A stretch of 64,000 nucleotides of DNA from contig JBEAVQ010000003.1 of the NCBI GenBank assembly GCA_041160865.1, positions 5,762 to 69,761 of the forward strand, written 5' to 3'. The notes below the pieces were generated by a model. It was not told where the DNA came from and ran no database searches. It saw only the letters and a program-made list of their open reading frames with translations. Position numbers and translations under genes: made by a program. The DNA comes from Pseudomonadota bacterium (GTDB lineage Bacteria; Pseudomonadota; Alphaproteobacteria; Caulobacterales; Aquidulcibacteraceae). Below, piece after piece: positions 8,832 through 18,745 of the stretch (position 1 is its first letter; each line of letters opens with the position of its first letter).

Positions 8832-9275
8832 CTATTGCGGCTTGCGCGATGCCAAGCGCATCAGTTGCAAACCTTTTTGATAGAGGCCCAAAGCCGCGTC
8901 ATAATTCATGCGCGTATCGGCCACTTTGATCATTTGTTCTTCCAAGACGACAGCATTGCCATCCAGCGTCACTTCGCTGTCTGGCGTCTTAATCGCGCGA
9001 CCAGCTCCTGCTGCGGGCGCGCCGCCATCCAAGTGCCCCGACCGGGTCGCCGCCATTTTGACAGGAGACAAAGGTGCCGCCCCTGCTAGGCCGCTGCGTG
9101 ATTGCGGCATTTGCCGCGCGATTGCATCGGCAAAGGCGCGATTATCGAGGTCACGCGGCACATATTTAGGTGTGGACGCATTGGCGACATTCTCTGCCAA
9201 GAGCTTCTGACGTTCGTTCAGAAACCCCATACGTTCGCGCAGAACGTTAAAAAATGGCGTGTCGGTGATGCCCAT
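8832..9275 (-). CDS. flgB: Flagellar basal-body rod protein FlgB
   Basis: RQKLLAENVANASTPKY, DGNAVVLEEQM; start set at MGITD (9275) because the upstream part of the ORF overlaps the CtrA promoter. Confidence 0.93.
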   Translation of the reverse strand: MGITDTPFFNVLRERMGFLNERQKLLAENVANASTPKYVPRDLDNRAFADAIARQMPQSRSGLAGAAPLSPVKMAATRSGHLDGGAPAAGAGRAIKTPDSEVTLDGNAVVLEEQMIKVADTRMNYDAALGLYQKGLQLMRLASRKPQ

Positions 9276-9323
9276 GACATGATCCTTGCGATTGTTCGCA
9301 TCTGTAATGATGAAGTGATCGTA

Positions 9324-9339
9324 GTTAAGCACTGATTAA
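9324..9339 (-). promoter_or_regulatory. CtrA box facing flgB
   Basis: Minus strand TTAA-TCAGTGC-TTAAC = TTAA-N7-TTAAC. Confidence 0.8.
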
Positions 9340-9358
9340 TATCCTTGAAGGCCTTTTG

Positions 9359-9374
9359 TTAACTTTTGATTAAC
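9359..9374 (+). promoter_or_regulatory. CtrA box facing fliO
   Basis: TTAA-CTTTTGA-TTAAC, perfect consensus. Confidence 0.85.
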
Positions 9375-9454
9375 CGGAGCGGGCGACGCGGGATGAGGCG
9401 TGCAGAAGCACGCGCGATCTGGGTGGGATGGCATCTAGGATAGAGGGCTGACCA

Positions 9455-9778
9455 ATGGACTTTTTCGACCTCCTTCGGGCGACCGCTGCTTTGGCCGTCA
9501 CGCTTGGCCTCTTGCTCGGTGCCGCTTGGCTGGCCCGTCGTTATGGTCTGATGCAGGGCCAAATGCCGGGCCTAGCCAAAGGCCGACTGAAATTGGTTGA
9601 GCAGCTATGGCTAGATGCCGGGCGGACTCGTGCCATTCTCATTCAGTGCGATGATCAAGAGCATTTGGTCTTGGTCTCCACCACCGGGGCGAGCACGATC
9701 AGTTCCAAAGCCGTCGACCCGTTAGCTTCAAAGCCCCCTTCGCTCGCTGTCTCCTCAGCTACAGGCACCCAGTCATGA
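9455..9778 (+). CDS. fliO: Flagellar biosynthesis protein FliO
   Basis: N-terminal TM helix, RLKLVEQLWLD...EHLVLV; directly upstream of fliP. Confidence 0.85.
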   Translation: MDFFDLLRATAALAVTLGLLLGAAWLARRYGLMQGQMPGLAKGRLKLVEQLWLDAGRTRAILIQCDDQEHLVLVSTTGASTISSKAVDPLASKPPSLAVSSATGTQS

Positions 9779-10593
9779 CGTCAAAAGCCTCAAACAAAGC
9801 TGCCTCCGCCAAAGGCCAGTCACGGGCCGAGCTCAAACGCCTACTCAAGCGCTGGTTGATCATTTTTGCCTGCGCCATGGGGGCTTCCATGTTGGGGGTT
9901 GCCACCGCCGTGGCCCAGTCGATCAATTTGGATTTGGGTAGTGGGACCGGTCTGACAGAGCGGGTGGTTCAGACTGTTGCGCTGATCACCATCCTGTCAC
10001 TAGCGCCCTCTGTTGTGATCATGACCACCAGTTTTGTGCGGATTGTGGTGGTCTTGTCGCTCTTACGGACGGCGATAGGCCTTCAGCAAGCACCACCCAA
10101 TGCGGTAATGGTTTCGCTGGCTTTGTTTCTTACAGCCTTTATCATGCAACCGACCTTTGAGCGTTCCTGGAATGAGGGCATTGCGCCCCTGACCAAGCAG
10201 GAATTGACCATGGAACAAGCTTGGCCACGCACCACAGAGCCTTTAAAGCAATTCATGTTGGTCCAAACGCGAGAAAAGGACTTGGAGCTGTTCATCCGCT
10301 TGGCCCGCATCCCGACACCACAAAATCCCCAAGCCTTGCCGATGCGGGTGGTAACACCTGCTTTCATGATTTCTGAATTACGGCGCGCCTTTGAAATTGG
10401 ATTCTTGTTGTTTGTACCGTTTTTGGTGATTGATCTGGTCGTTGCTTCACTCTTGATGGCGATGGGCATGATGATGCTGCCACCTGTTGTGGTGTCCTTG
10501 CCGTTTAAGCTGATTTTCTTTGTGCTCGTTGATGGCTGGCGCTTGGTTGCCGAAAGCCTCGTGCAAAGCTTTAGGGCAGTCCCACCGGGTTAG
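9775..10593 (+). CDS. fliP: Flagellar export gate protein FliP
   Basis: MTTSFVRIVVVLSLLRTAIG, PAFMISELRRAFEIGF, LPFKLIFFVLVDGW. Confidence 0.97.
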   Translation: MTSKASNKAASAKGQSRAELKRLLKRWLIIFACAMGASMLGVATAVAQSINLDLGSGTGLTERVVQTVALITILSLAPSVVIMTTSFVRIVVVLSLLRTAIGLQQAPPNAVMVSLALFLTAFIMQPTFERSWNEGIAPLTKQELTMEQAWPRTTEPLKQFMLVQTREKDLELFIRLARIPTPQNPQALPMRVVTPAFMISELRRAFEIGFLLFVPFLVIDLVVASLLMAMGMMMLPPVVVSLPFKLIFFVLVDGWRLVAESLVQSFRAVPPG

Positions 10594-13500
10594 CGACCGA
10601 CCACCGGCGCAGGCGGGGGATCACGCGGTGCGTCAACACCTGAACGCGCATTAGGCCTGTTAGGCGCTTTCGCCCGATTTTGCGCTGTCTGTGGCGTAGT
10701 GTTAGCTGGACGCGCTGGGCTGCGCTGTGGCGCAGACGCGACAGCGGGTGAGCGTTGTGGCGGCAAGCTTGGACGTACGTCTGGCAACAGTGGTGCCGCT
10801 TCCTTTTGGGCTCCCTCAGGCTGAAGCGCCTTTGGTAAGACCGAAAGCAAGGCAGAAGTCAGGCGTCCATTAGGATTGCCATCCGTTGGTCCAATCGCAC
10901 GCGCTGCTTGAGTGGTTTCGGCTTCTGTTGGGGTCTCAATGCGGTTCAAGCGGTCCCGCAGCCGGCGCATCAGACCGTCATAGGGGGAGCCGCCGGTAGC
11001 AATTTTCACAGCCGACTGTAAGGACGCACTAGATGGAATGGCAGTGTCGGTTACCACTTTGAAGGCTTCTGCATAGGCACTTTTGCTCATGGCTGGTCCA
11101 TAAGCACGGACAAGCCCACGGTTAAAGCCATCTTCTCGCGCCATGGCTTGCGCGACTGCAACCCGCAATACTTCGCCTGCATCTTCGGGGGATAAGGATG
11201 GCCGTGCTGGCGGCAGAGAGGCCCTCGCATTGGCTGCCGCATTCGGCCAGTCGCCTGCCCGCATGTAAATCTCAGTCCGAACCCGCGCCGCATCGGGGGA
11301 TTCGTCAAACTCAATGGTCTCCAGCGCGTGATCTTTACGACCAAGTTCAGCCAAGCTTGCCGCTTCGATCAAACGACGCTGTTCATTCAAAAGCTCAGGC
11401 AAGAGCGAAACGCGGCTATTCCAGATCGCACGCAAGGCCTCTTCTGGACGGCGATCCATCAAGTAAAGCGCAGCAAGATCGCTCGCGACTTGGGCTTTAG
11501 AGAAACCTTCGAGGCGCTTGTCGACTTGGTGCTGCAACAGTTGCGTAGCTTGGGGTAACAGATCCAGCGCGACCAAGCGCTCAGCCAAGCCGCGCACCAT
11601 GCGGTCCCCATCTGGCCCAATAGGAGCTAAAGTTCGGAAGTCATAGAAAAGCGCCAAGGCTTGGATTGGGTCCATACCATCCGCGCCGCCTTCGAGGAAC
11701 AAGTACCTGAACTGTTTGAACAATTCATCGCGAAGACGACGGGCAGCTGGCAGATCAGGACGCAGAATCGAAGCGCTGGCCATCGTCATCAGGCCAGAGC
11801 GAATATCGCCAGCTTGGATATAGAGGCCACCCAAACGCCGCAGAATGTCCAATTCTAAATCGTCACCGCGCCACGTGAAGCGAAGGGCATCCAGAGCCTT
11901 GATTGATTCAATCGGCGGAATTTTGCCGCTCGATTCTCCAAGGTTTGCCTTTTCATAGGCCGCCCGCGCGGCAATCTCGCGATCAGGTGCGGTCGCAAGC
12001 TTGGTCAAGGCAACCAGCGCCTCGTTGACGCGGCCAGTGGCCCCCATGGCACGCGCAGCCAGTAGTGCTGCTTGCAATTGCGTCAGGGGGTTTTGGGCTT
12101 CGCGCTGAGCGCTATTTGCGGTCATGGAGGCTAACGCGCCATCACCCAATTCTAAGGCGGCATTCCCATTGGCGATGTTAAATCGGGCACGATATTCCTG
12201 TTCAAAATTCTGAAGCGCTGTCTTGCCGCGCTCAAAGCGGACACGAGCTTCGCTGGCATTGCCGCTCATCTGCGCAGCCAAGCCGGCCCACAACTGCGCG
12301 GCTGGATCTTCGGCGACTTCAGGCTCGCTGAACAAATCTAGGGCACCTTTCCCATGCCCGCCCATGAGGGTGGCAATACCTTCAAGGGCCAACAACTCGG
12401 GAGACCGCTCAAGGGCTGGAACGTCAGCGCGTAATTGCCGGATAACGCCAGAGGCTTCCACCCCCAAATCCCAGGCAATAAGGAACCTAGCCAGATCGAC
12501 TCGGGAGGTGATTTTATTATTGGTGTCGCCCAACTCAATTGCGGCTTTGCGACGCAATTTATTGAGGTTATTGGTGAAATCTGCCTTTGGTCCCAACTGC
12601 CAAGACTTAAAGTCGATATAGCCAGGTGCATTGGCTGAACCTTCACTCATGTCATCGTCTGCGGCCAAGCCTGACAAGGACATGCCGAGCGGGCGGACCA
12701 AGACAAATCCATCGACATCGCGCCGCAATTCAAAATCATCAGTCCTAGGCACAACCACCAGGCCGTGAAAGGTTTCTGGCAGAACGGCTTCCAAGTAAGA
12801 TCGTTGTGTGCCCAAGCTGCTATTGGGGCCTAATGCCAGACCGATCAGCAGGTTGTCGCCCACGGCTGGATCTGTGAGCATGCCGGTTGCTGCGCCATCA
12901 GGCACCAAAGCCTTTACCCGCGACGTGCCGTCTAAAGCTTGTTCGCGTACCAAACCAATAGAACGACCTGTTGCTTGTTTTTGAGGCGAAAGAACAACTT
13001 TCCACTTTGGACCGAAAGAAGTTGGTGTTGCTTGAACTTCCGGCGGCGCAATGATTCGAATGCCTGAAACACCCTCACCGCGCACTTTCTCAATTCTGCT
13101 GACGAACTTGCCACTTGGTACACGACCAACATCCATATCGGCCGCTGTCGCAAATAGCACATAGATTGAATCACCCCGGCGATACACGGCGGCTGGGGCT
13201 GGAGTTTCAAAATCAAACTCTAGCTGCAGCTCCTTGCCGACCATAGCGCTACTCATACGGACGCGACCCGATGGCGCAGGATCTGGCCGCTGTGCGAGTA
13301 AGGCTTCAGCATCGAGCTCGCTGGCCTTCGCTTCTTCGCTCATGGCATCTGGGTCTGGTGCTGCTTCCTTCGCCTCACCTGCTTTAGCGGCTTCTTTGGA
13401 AGCTTGCTTACCAGCAACAGATTTGGGAGCGGGCGAGCCAATCTTGCCGCTAGCTTCGTCTTGCAATGCCTGAATCGTATCGGCGTTTGCGCCTTCTGGC

Positions 13501-14366
13501 AGAATGTCGATCAGGATTGCATTACCGTCCCGGCTGTGACGCACAACACTGTTGGGTGCGACATCGAGCAGGAAGGAAGAATCGGTATCGGAATTATAGC
13601 GCGCTGCATCTTCGACCCGCGCAGGAGGTCGATTTCGGATCGCTGCGGTATCAAAGGCAAATTTGCCTGGCATCGCAATCGCTAAGCGGTCGCGCCGGCG
13701 GGCATAACCATGGGCAGGCAACGGAAACTGATTACCTACCCGCGACAGACGCAGACGGGTGAATTCCTTGGCCTCAAATACATCCACTTGAATTTTGGGT
13801 GCCCCGACCGGCGCAGCCCCATTGATCATTTTTTTGGGTGGGCCAGACCCATCATCGGATGGGCCTTCGCCCGCTTTGCCTGCTGGGTCCGCTGCCGCCA
13901 AAACTTTGGTCTCCCCCTCAAAAGGTGGCGGGGCTTCCGCATTTGACATCACGAAGTCAAAAGCTTGTACATTGCCAACGCGGCTGGCGATCACACGTGT
14001 TGGCTGTAACAGAGCAACCCGAATGGTGCGCTTGTCGGTGCTTAATGCCGCTGAGGCCACAAAATCTGGTGCGCCTTTGGCAAAGGCGTTCGGATCGGCC
14101 TCAATCGCACGCGGCAGCCGGATCATGGCTAGACCATTATTGGGTGTGGCAACCGCTGTGGCAGAAAGATTGGTCCCCGCAGGCCAAGCAATTAACAGGC
14201 GGGCATAGGTTGCTTCTTGGCTAGACGAAAGTGTAACGCCCTTAAGGCCTTGCAGCGCTGAGGGAGCAGCGCCGCCTGCTGGCGCAGCGTTTTGGCCATA
14301 GGCCATCGGTGGCGACGCAAGTGCCACACAGACAATATAAGCAAGTAACCGACGCAATTTGGCCAT
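10590..14366 (-). CDS. Large periplasmic flagellar-associated TPR protein (MotK/PflA-like, tentative)
   Basis: 1258 aa; signal peptide, beta-rich N-terminal half, acidic/Ala linker, Ala/Leu-rich helical repeats, Pro-rich tail; downstream of motE, same strand. Confidence 0.6.
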   Translation of the reverse strand: MAKLRRLLAYIVCVALASPPMAYGQNAAPAGGAAPSALQGLKGVTLSSSQEATYARLLIAWPAGTNLSATAVATPNNGLAMIRLPRAIEADPNAFAKGAPDFVASAALSTDKRTIRVALLQPTRVIASRVGNVQAFDFVMSNAEAPPPFEGETKVLAAADPAGKAGEGPSDDGSGPPKKMINGAAPVGAPKIQVDVFEAKEFTRLRLSRVGNQFPLPAHGYARRRDRLAIAMPGKFAFDTAAIRNRPPARVEDAARYNSDTDSSFLLDVAPNSVVRHSRDGNAILIDILPEGANADTIQALQDEASGKIGSPAPKSVAGKQASKEAAKAGEAKEAAPDPDAMSEEAKASELDAEALLAQRPDPAPSGRVRMSSAMVGKELQLEFDFETPAPAAVYRRGDSIYVLFATAADMDVGRVPSGKFVSRIEKVRGEGVSGIRIIAPPEVQATPTSFGPKWKVVLSPQKQATGRSIGLVREQALDGTSRVKALVPDGAATGMLTDPAVGDNLLIGLALGPNSSLGTQRSYLEAVLPETFHGLVVVPRTDDFELRRDVDGFVLVRPLGMSLSGLAADDDMSEGSANAPGYIDFKSWQLGPKADFTNNLNKLRRKAAIELGDTNNKITSRVDLARFLIAWDLGVEASGVIRQLRADVPALERSPELLALEGIATLMGGHGKGALDLFSEPEVAEDPAAQLWAGLAAQMSGNASEARVRFERGKTALQNFEQEYRARFNIANGNAALELGDGALASMTANSAQREAQNPLTQLQAALLAARAMGATGRVNEALVALTKLATAPDREIAARAAYEKANLGESSGKIPPIESIKALDALRFTWRGDDLELDILRRLGGLYIQAGDIRSGLMTMASASILRPDLPAARRLRDELFKQFRYLFLEGGADGMDPIQALALFYDFRTLAPIGPDGDRMVRGLAERLVALDLLPQATQLLQHQVDKRLEGFSKAQVASDLAALYLMDRRPEEALRAIWNSRVSLLPELLNEQRRLIEAASLAELGRKDHALETIEFDESPDAARVRTEIYMRAGDWPNAAANARASLPPARPSLSPEDAGEVLRVAVAQAMAREDGFNRGLVRAYGPAMSKSAYAEAFKVVTDTAIPSSASLQSAVKIATGGSPYDGLMRRLRDRLNRIETPTEAETTQAARAIGPTDGNPNGRLTSALLSVLPKALQPEGAQKEAAPLLPDVRPSLPPQRSPAVASAPQRSPARPANTTPQTAQNRAKAPNRPNARSGVDAPRDPPPAPVVGR

Positions 14367-14451
14367 CTGGTCTCTAAGTCAGATCTCTTGTTCCCGCCTC
14401 CAAGCCACGTCTGGCCCAGTTTCTAGCGAAATCTGCTTATGCCTGAATCCG

Positions 14452-14467
14452 GTTAAGCTCCCCTTAC
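14452..14467 (-). promoter_or_regulatory. Near-consensus CtrA box upstream of the TPR gene
   Basis: Minus strand GTAA-GGGGAGC-TTAAC (1 mismatch); GANTC site at 14445-14449. Confidence 0.5.
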
Positions 14468-14506
14468 CAGTCACGTAGACTTGGCAGAGTTAGAATCACC
14501 GTCAAA

Positions 14507-15481
14507 TTAGTCCTTGGGACGTTGGGCAGGGTCTGCAGGTGCCTGTCCCGTTGCCGCTTTTGCTGCAGGCTGTGGGGTCGATGGATTGTTCGGCGCTTTT
14601 GGCGTCGGCGCACGTGGTGCCGTTGGGCCAGCCCCTGCCGGACCTGTTCCTTTTGCATCCAGAGCGGCATTAGCCGCAGCCGAACCTTTTGCAGCAGGGC
14701 CGCCTTTGGCTTGGTTATTCAGCGCGGCTTGCTGAGCAGGTGCTTTAGCGGGAGGGGCTTTGGCTGCTGGCGGGGTCGCAGGTGCTGCTGCGTTCTGGGG
14801 CGCGGGTGGCGGATTACCAGCCATGACTGGCAAGGTCGGCGCGTCGATCTCTGCCAAACGACGGGTCACTTCGCGTGCACGCTCTGGCGACATTTTTGCC
14901 AGAATAAGCGACAGAGGTTGCTCCTTCATTTTCTGAGCGATTTTCAACAGGACTTCGGTGTCCAAACCTTCCCAAACAGCGGCCGCATCCTTGGGCTTCA
15001 TCTTTTCATAGACCCGGACGAGCGAGGCAATCCGCTGAGTTTCCAAATCATCAACTTGGCCTAAAAGCTTCTGAAGATTACTTTCTACGGCCTTCAAGGC
15101 ACTCATACGCTCTTGAATCTTTGCGTCCGTGGTGGCCAGCAGGTTTTCACGAGTGACAATATCACGCTCGCGCGTGTCGAGCGTTTGACGACGCTCTTGC
15201 AAGGTTTGCAGCAGCCGGAACTCAGCGGCACTAATGCCCGCTTCTTTGGCCAAATCGACAGGCAAGCACATGGGTGGCCCGGCTTTAGGGGCAGCAACCC
15301 CGGCAGCTGGTGTCCCAGCATCGGCAGGTGCGGCAGCTTCTTTTTTCGGGGCTTCGCCAGCGGCCATCGCATTGGTCGCATCAAATGCAACGCGGCCGAC
15401 TTGTGCCAAGCCGACCACGCCCAAACCTAAAGCCAAAGCCGTTAAAGGCCGAAGCTTAAACTTCATCTCAATCCACCCCAT
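14507..15481 (-). CDS. motE: MotE-family flagellar protein (coiled coil plus MgtE_N-like domain, Pro/Ala tail)
   Basis: LVRVYEKMKPKDAAAVW...LILAKMSPERAREVT; N-terminal TM/signal. Confidence 0.7.
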   Translation of the reverse strand: MGWIEMKFKLRPLTALALGLGVVGLAQVGRVAFDATNAMAAGEAPKKEAAAPADAGTPAAGVAAPKAGPPMCLPVDLAKEAGISAAEFRLLQTLQERRQTLDTRERDIVTRENLLATTDAKIQERMSALKAVESNLQKLLGQVDDLETQRIASLVRVYEKMKPKDAAAVWEGLDTEVLLKIAQKMKEQPLSLILAKMSPERAREVTRRLAEIDAPTLPVMAGNPPPAPQNAAAPATPPAAKAPPAKAPAQQAALNNQAKGGPAAKGSAAANAALDAKGTGPAGAGPTAPRAPTPKAPNNPSTPQPAAKAATGQAPADPAQRPKD

Positions 15482-15897
15482 GTTTCGGCCAACGGGCGAC
15501 CGCGCCGCGCCAGCCGGAAGTCTTCCTCTACTTCTTCTTCATCCCAACGCAGGTCGCGCTTTTGCCGAATTGATGCAGGTTCAGGCACCGGCGCCGACTT
15601 CAGCTCGACTGCGCGTGCGGTTGTAACGAGGAACTTCAAGGCCTCAGCGGCTGCGCGGGCCTCTTCAATGTTACGTTGAAGGTCATCTCCAGCGGCATCG
15701 GAGACAGACTTCAAAGCCGCTACAGAAGCTTCTGCCCGACCGACAGCCAAGGCGAGTTCTGTGGCAGCAGCAGCTACGCCGTCCTTGCCTTCACGAAGTG
15801 CTGTGATTTTGCGGTCCAGACGGATGCACAAAACCGCGACGGCCAACATCGCAAACGCCAAGATGATCTGCGCAATAGGGATATAGAGGTCGGTCAT
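15463..15897 (-). CDS. pflI: DUF6468 / PflI-like bitopic coiled-coil protein
   Basis: ATG 15897 overlaps the fliM TGA; N-terminal TM then coiled coil; same position after fliM as recalled for Caulobacter pflI. Confidence 0.55.
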   Translation of the reverse strand: MTDLYIPIAQIILAFAMLAVAVLCIRLDRKITALREGKDGVAAAATELALAVGRAEASVAALKSVSDAAGDDLQRNIEEARAAAEALKFLVTTARAVELKSAPVPEPASIRQKRDLRWDEEEVEEDFRLARRGRPLAETWGGLR

Positions 15898-17027
15898 TGG
15901 TTCATCAGTTCCCGTCTCGCCGAGTTTGTTAGTGGCCCATCCAAAGACAAAGCGATCGCACGGCCCATCTTGCCCATGCGGCCTTTGGTCAAAGCAATCT
16001 GTCCGCAACGCAATTCCACACTGCCGTCTGGGGGTTGGTTTAAGAACACGGTTTCACCGACCTTTAAATTCAGCAAGCGGCCGAGTGGCACCGGCAGTTC
16101 GTCAAGGACCGCCTCAACCTGCATGTCCGTCGACCAAAGTTCGGTAGCCAAGTGACCTTCCCAGATATTATCCCGACCAAATTTCTCACCCATGAATTGC
16201 TGGATGAGCATTTTACGGATCGGCTCAAGAGTTGCGTAAGGAAGCAAGAGCTCGACCCGACCGCCCCGGTCTTCCATATCGATCCGCATTTTGATCATGA
16301 TGGCTGCATTTGCAGGCCGAGCGATTGCAGCAAAGCGTGGGTTGGTTTCAATTCGGTCCAGCGAGAAGTCGACTTGCTTCAGGGGTTCAAACGCGGCCTG
16401 CATATCTTGCAGGATCACTTCGATCATTCGCGTGACCAGCATGCGCTCGATAGTCGTATAGGGGCGACCTTCGATCCGCATCGCCGTGGTGCCACGTCGG
16501 CCACCCAAAAGCACGTCCACGATCGAGTAAATCAGATTGGAATCAACTGTCATCAGGCCGTAATTGTCCAATTGCTCGGCACGAAAAACAGCAAGAATGG
16601 CGGGTAGTGGGATGGAATTCAGATAGTCGCCAAACCGGATCGACGAAATATGGTCGAGGGACACTTCAACGTTATCGGAGGTGAAGTTACGCAAGCTGGT
16701 CGTCATTAACCGCACCAAACGATCAAAGACGATTTCCAACATAGGCAAGCGTTCGTAAGAAACGAGTGCGGAGTTAATGATCCCGCGGATGCCGTTCTTT
16801 TCATCGCCATCATCATCGCCGAGGTCAAAACCCAAGAGCGAGTCAATTTCGTCTTGGTTCAGAACCCGTTCGGCACCAATGGCAGAAGCGGAAATGGTTT
16901 TACCGGTTTCACCACCGACCATGGCCTCCCATTCAGCAGCAAAGGCATCATCGCCACCGCCACCATCGCCCATAGCCTCCGCTTCCCAAGCAGCCGCCAT
17001 TGCATCTTGATCGAGATCATCCGCCAT
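15894..17027 (-). CDS. fliM: Flagellar motor switch protein FliM
   Basis: VLNQDEIDSLLG, YERLPMLEIVFDRLVR, ETNPRFAAI. Confidence 0.97.
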   Translation of the reverse strand: MADDLDQDAMAAAWEAEAMGDGGGGDDAFAAEWEAMVGGETGKTISASAIGAERVLNQDEIDSLLGFDLGDDDGDEKNGIRGIINSALVSYERLPMLEIVFDRLVRLMTTSLRNFTSDNVEVSLDHISSIRFGDYLNSIPLPAILAVFRAEQLDNYGLMTVDSNLIYSIVDVLLGGRRGTTAMRIEGRPYTTIERMLVTRMIEVILQDMQAAFEPLKQVDFSLDRIETNPRFAAIARPANAAIMIKMRIDMEDRGGRVELLLPYATLEPIRKMLIQQFMGEKFGRDNIWEGHLATELWSTDMQVEAVLDELPVPLGRLLNLKVGETVFLNQPPDGSVELRCGQIALTKGRMGKMGRAIALSLDGPLTNSARRELMNQ

Positions 17028-17665
17028 TAGTTAACCAACATTTCTTCGATAAGAACGGCATCAACTTGGGCAGGCGCAATCGCCAGATTGACGCGCTTCA
17101 AAAGCTCAAGCTGCAGACGAGAATAGCCGGCAGAACCTGCAATATCTTCCATACGGAGCTCACGAAGAAAGCCCGTGTATTGATCAAGAATGCGGGGCAG
17201 AAGCGGCTCAATCGTTGCTGCAGTTTCCATATCCTTGGTCTGCAACGTCAGACGAAGCTTAAGATAAGCGGGGCGCGAGTCAGGGGTTGCAATATTGACG
17301 ATCAGGTCTGGGAGCGTAACGAACCCTTCCCCATTAGGACCCTCTGCCAGTTCTATACCGCCTTCTTTCTTCTCGCCGCCTTTGCCTTCTTTGCCTTTTT
17401 CCTTTTTCTTTTCGTCTTTTTTCTTCTTGTCATCTTCCTTGCCCTTTTCACCATTCGCATCGGTAACGGCAGCAGGCTTTTTGGCGAAGACAAGGAAATA
17501 GGCCGCAGCGCCACCGCCACCTAAAAGCAAAATAGCAGGCAGAACGATGAATAAGATCAGCTGTTTGCCGGCAAGTTTCTTCTTGCCACCAGCGCCTTCT
17601 TCCCCTTCAGCGCCATCAGCGCCTTCAGGAGGGGCTTCACCCTTTTTCTCTTTCTTACCGGCCAT
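17027..17665 (-). CDS. fliL: Flagellar basal body-associated protein FliL
   Basis: TM helix, Lys/Glu-rich linker, LPDLIVNI...YLKLRL...LPRILDQY...VLIEEMLVN. Confidence 0.93.
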   Translation of the reverse strand: MAGKKEKKGEAPPEGADGAEGEEGAGGKKKLAGKQLILFIVLPAILLLGGGGAAAYFLVFAKKPAAVTDANGEKGKEDDKKKKDEKKKEKGKEGKGGEKKEGGIELAEGPNGEGFVTLPDLIVNIATPDSRPAYLKLRLTLQTKDMETAATIEPLLPRILDQYTGFLRELRMEDIAGSAGYSRLQLELLKRVNLAIAPAQVDAVLIEEMLVN

Positions 17666-17734
17666 CAGAGTCTCTCATTGGCTTAAACGAGCACCGACTC
17701 AGCGGGCACGCATGGGCGTTTCTGGACAGAGTGA

Positions 17735-17779
17735 GTTAAGCCAATCGTGGTTAATGAAATGTCACCAAATCTTAACCAT
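17735..17779 (-). promoter_or_regulatory. Clustered CtrA half-sites upstream of fliL
   Basis: Three TTAA(C)-type half-sites (17736, 17751, 17772) without canonical N7 spacing. Confidence 0.4.
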
Positions 17780-17780
17780 G

Positions 17781-17849
17781 CGGCAAAAACTGCCGAGAGA
17801 CAGACCAAAAACGCCTATTGCGGCTAATTCTTCACGGCATCATCTGCCG
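17781..17849. promoter_or_regulatory. Two ftr (FlbD enhancer) elements
   Basis: CGGCA-AAAAC-TGCCG (17781-17795) and CGGCA-TCATC-TGCCG (17835-17849), about 50-120 bp upstream of a sigma54 promoter, with an AT-rich tract between. Confidence 0.7.
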
Positions 17850-17898
17850 AATTCGAGTGCCATCCATTTTAGATTGTTGAGTTTTAATGATTAATTCT

Positions 17899-17914
17899 TG
17901 GCCCGGCGCTTGCA
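17899..17914 (+). promoter_or_regulatory. Sigma54 promoter of flgF operon
   Basis: TGGCCCGGCGCTTGCA = GG-N10-GC. Confidence 0.85.
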
Positions 17915-17986
17915 TGGCCTAAGGCCTGGCTCAGAGAAGTTGGTGCCAAAGCGCATCGTGAGCTCACCTAGAAGGTAAAATTAGAG

Positions 17987-18724
17987 ATGGACAATACACT
18001 TCTCATCACTGTTTCGGCCCAAAATGCCCTGAGGCGACAAATGGATGTCGCGGCAAACAATATGGCGAACGTATCCACCGCTGGCTTTAAGTCAGAATCG
18101 GTCTTGTTTGAGCCCGTCATTCGCCGGCCCGCCTCTATCGCTGAAAGACCAAGGACCGTTGAGTTTGTCCGCGATTACACAATTGCACGTGACTTCCGCC
18201 CCGGTGCCTTACAACGCACCGACAATCCACTTGATTTTGCCTTGGCTGGTGAAGGTTATTTCACCGTCCAGACGCCGCAAGGCAATGCCTATACCCGCGA
18301 CGGGCGCTTCCAGATGGACACCCAAGGCCGCATCGTAACGGGCGATGGCCGCGCCATTCTTGATACCAATGGCCAGCCCATTACCTTAGACCTTACCCAG
18401 GGTGAGCCTCTGGTCGCGAAGAATGGGTCTATCCAACAAAATGGCGTGACGGTGGCACAACTTGGCATTGCGCGGTTTGAGCGACCCGGTGCCCTCGACA
18501 AAGTTGGTGACAATCTCTGGAGACCTACAGGTGAAGCCGCCCAAGCTGCTGGCGACCCGCAAGTTGTCCAAGGCATGATCGAAGGCTCAAATGTCGTTGC
18601 GGTGACAGAGCTAACCCGCATCATGGAAATTAGCCGCGCTTTTGAAAGCGCAACCCGTCTGCAAAAACAAACTGAGGACTTGCGTGGCAGAGCGATCGAA
18701 CGTCTCGCCCGGGTTCAATCCTAA
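17987..18724 (+). CDS. flgF: Flagellar basal-body rod protein FlgF
   Basis: MDVAANNMANVSTAGFK, TDNPLDFALAGEGYF, YTRDGRF, IEGSNV. Confidence 0.95.
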   Translation: MDNTLLITVSAQNALRRQMDVAANNMANVSTAGFKSESVLFEPVIRRPASIAERPRTVEFVRDYTIARDFRPGALQRTDNPLDFALAGEGYFTVQTPQGNAYTRDGRFQMDTQGRIVTGDGRAILDTNGQPITLDLTQGEPLVAKNGSIQQNGVTVAQLGIARFERPGALDKVGDNLWRPTGEAAQAAGDPQVVQGMIEGSNVVAVTELTRIMEISRAFESATRLQKQTEDLRGRAIERLARVQS

Positions 18725-18745
18725 TCTGACTAAAGGACCAAGCAC

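Noticed and set aside
14507-14830. Pro/Ala-rich and Lys/Glu-rich tracts (motE tail; also fliL 17350-17460, rluB tail) as tandem repeats or a CRISPR-like array
   Set aside because: Low-complexity coding sequence without a fixed repeat unit or spacers
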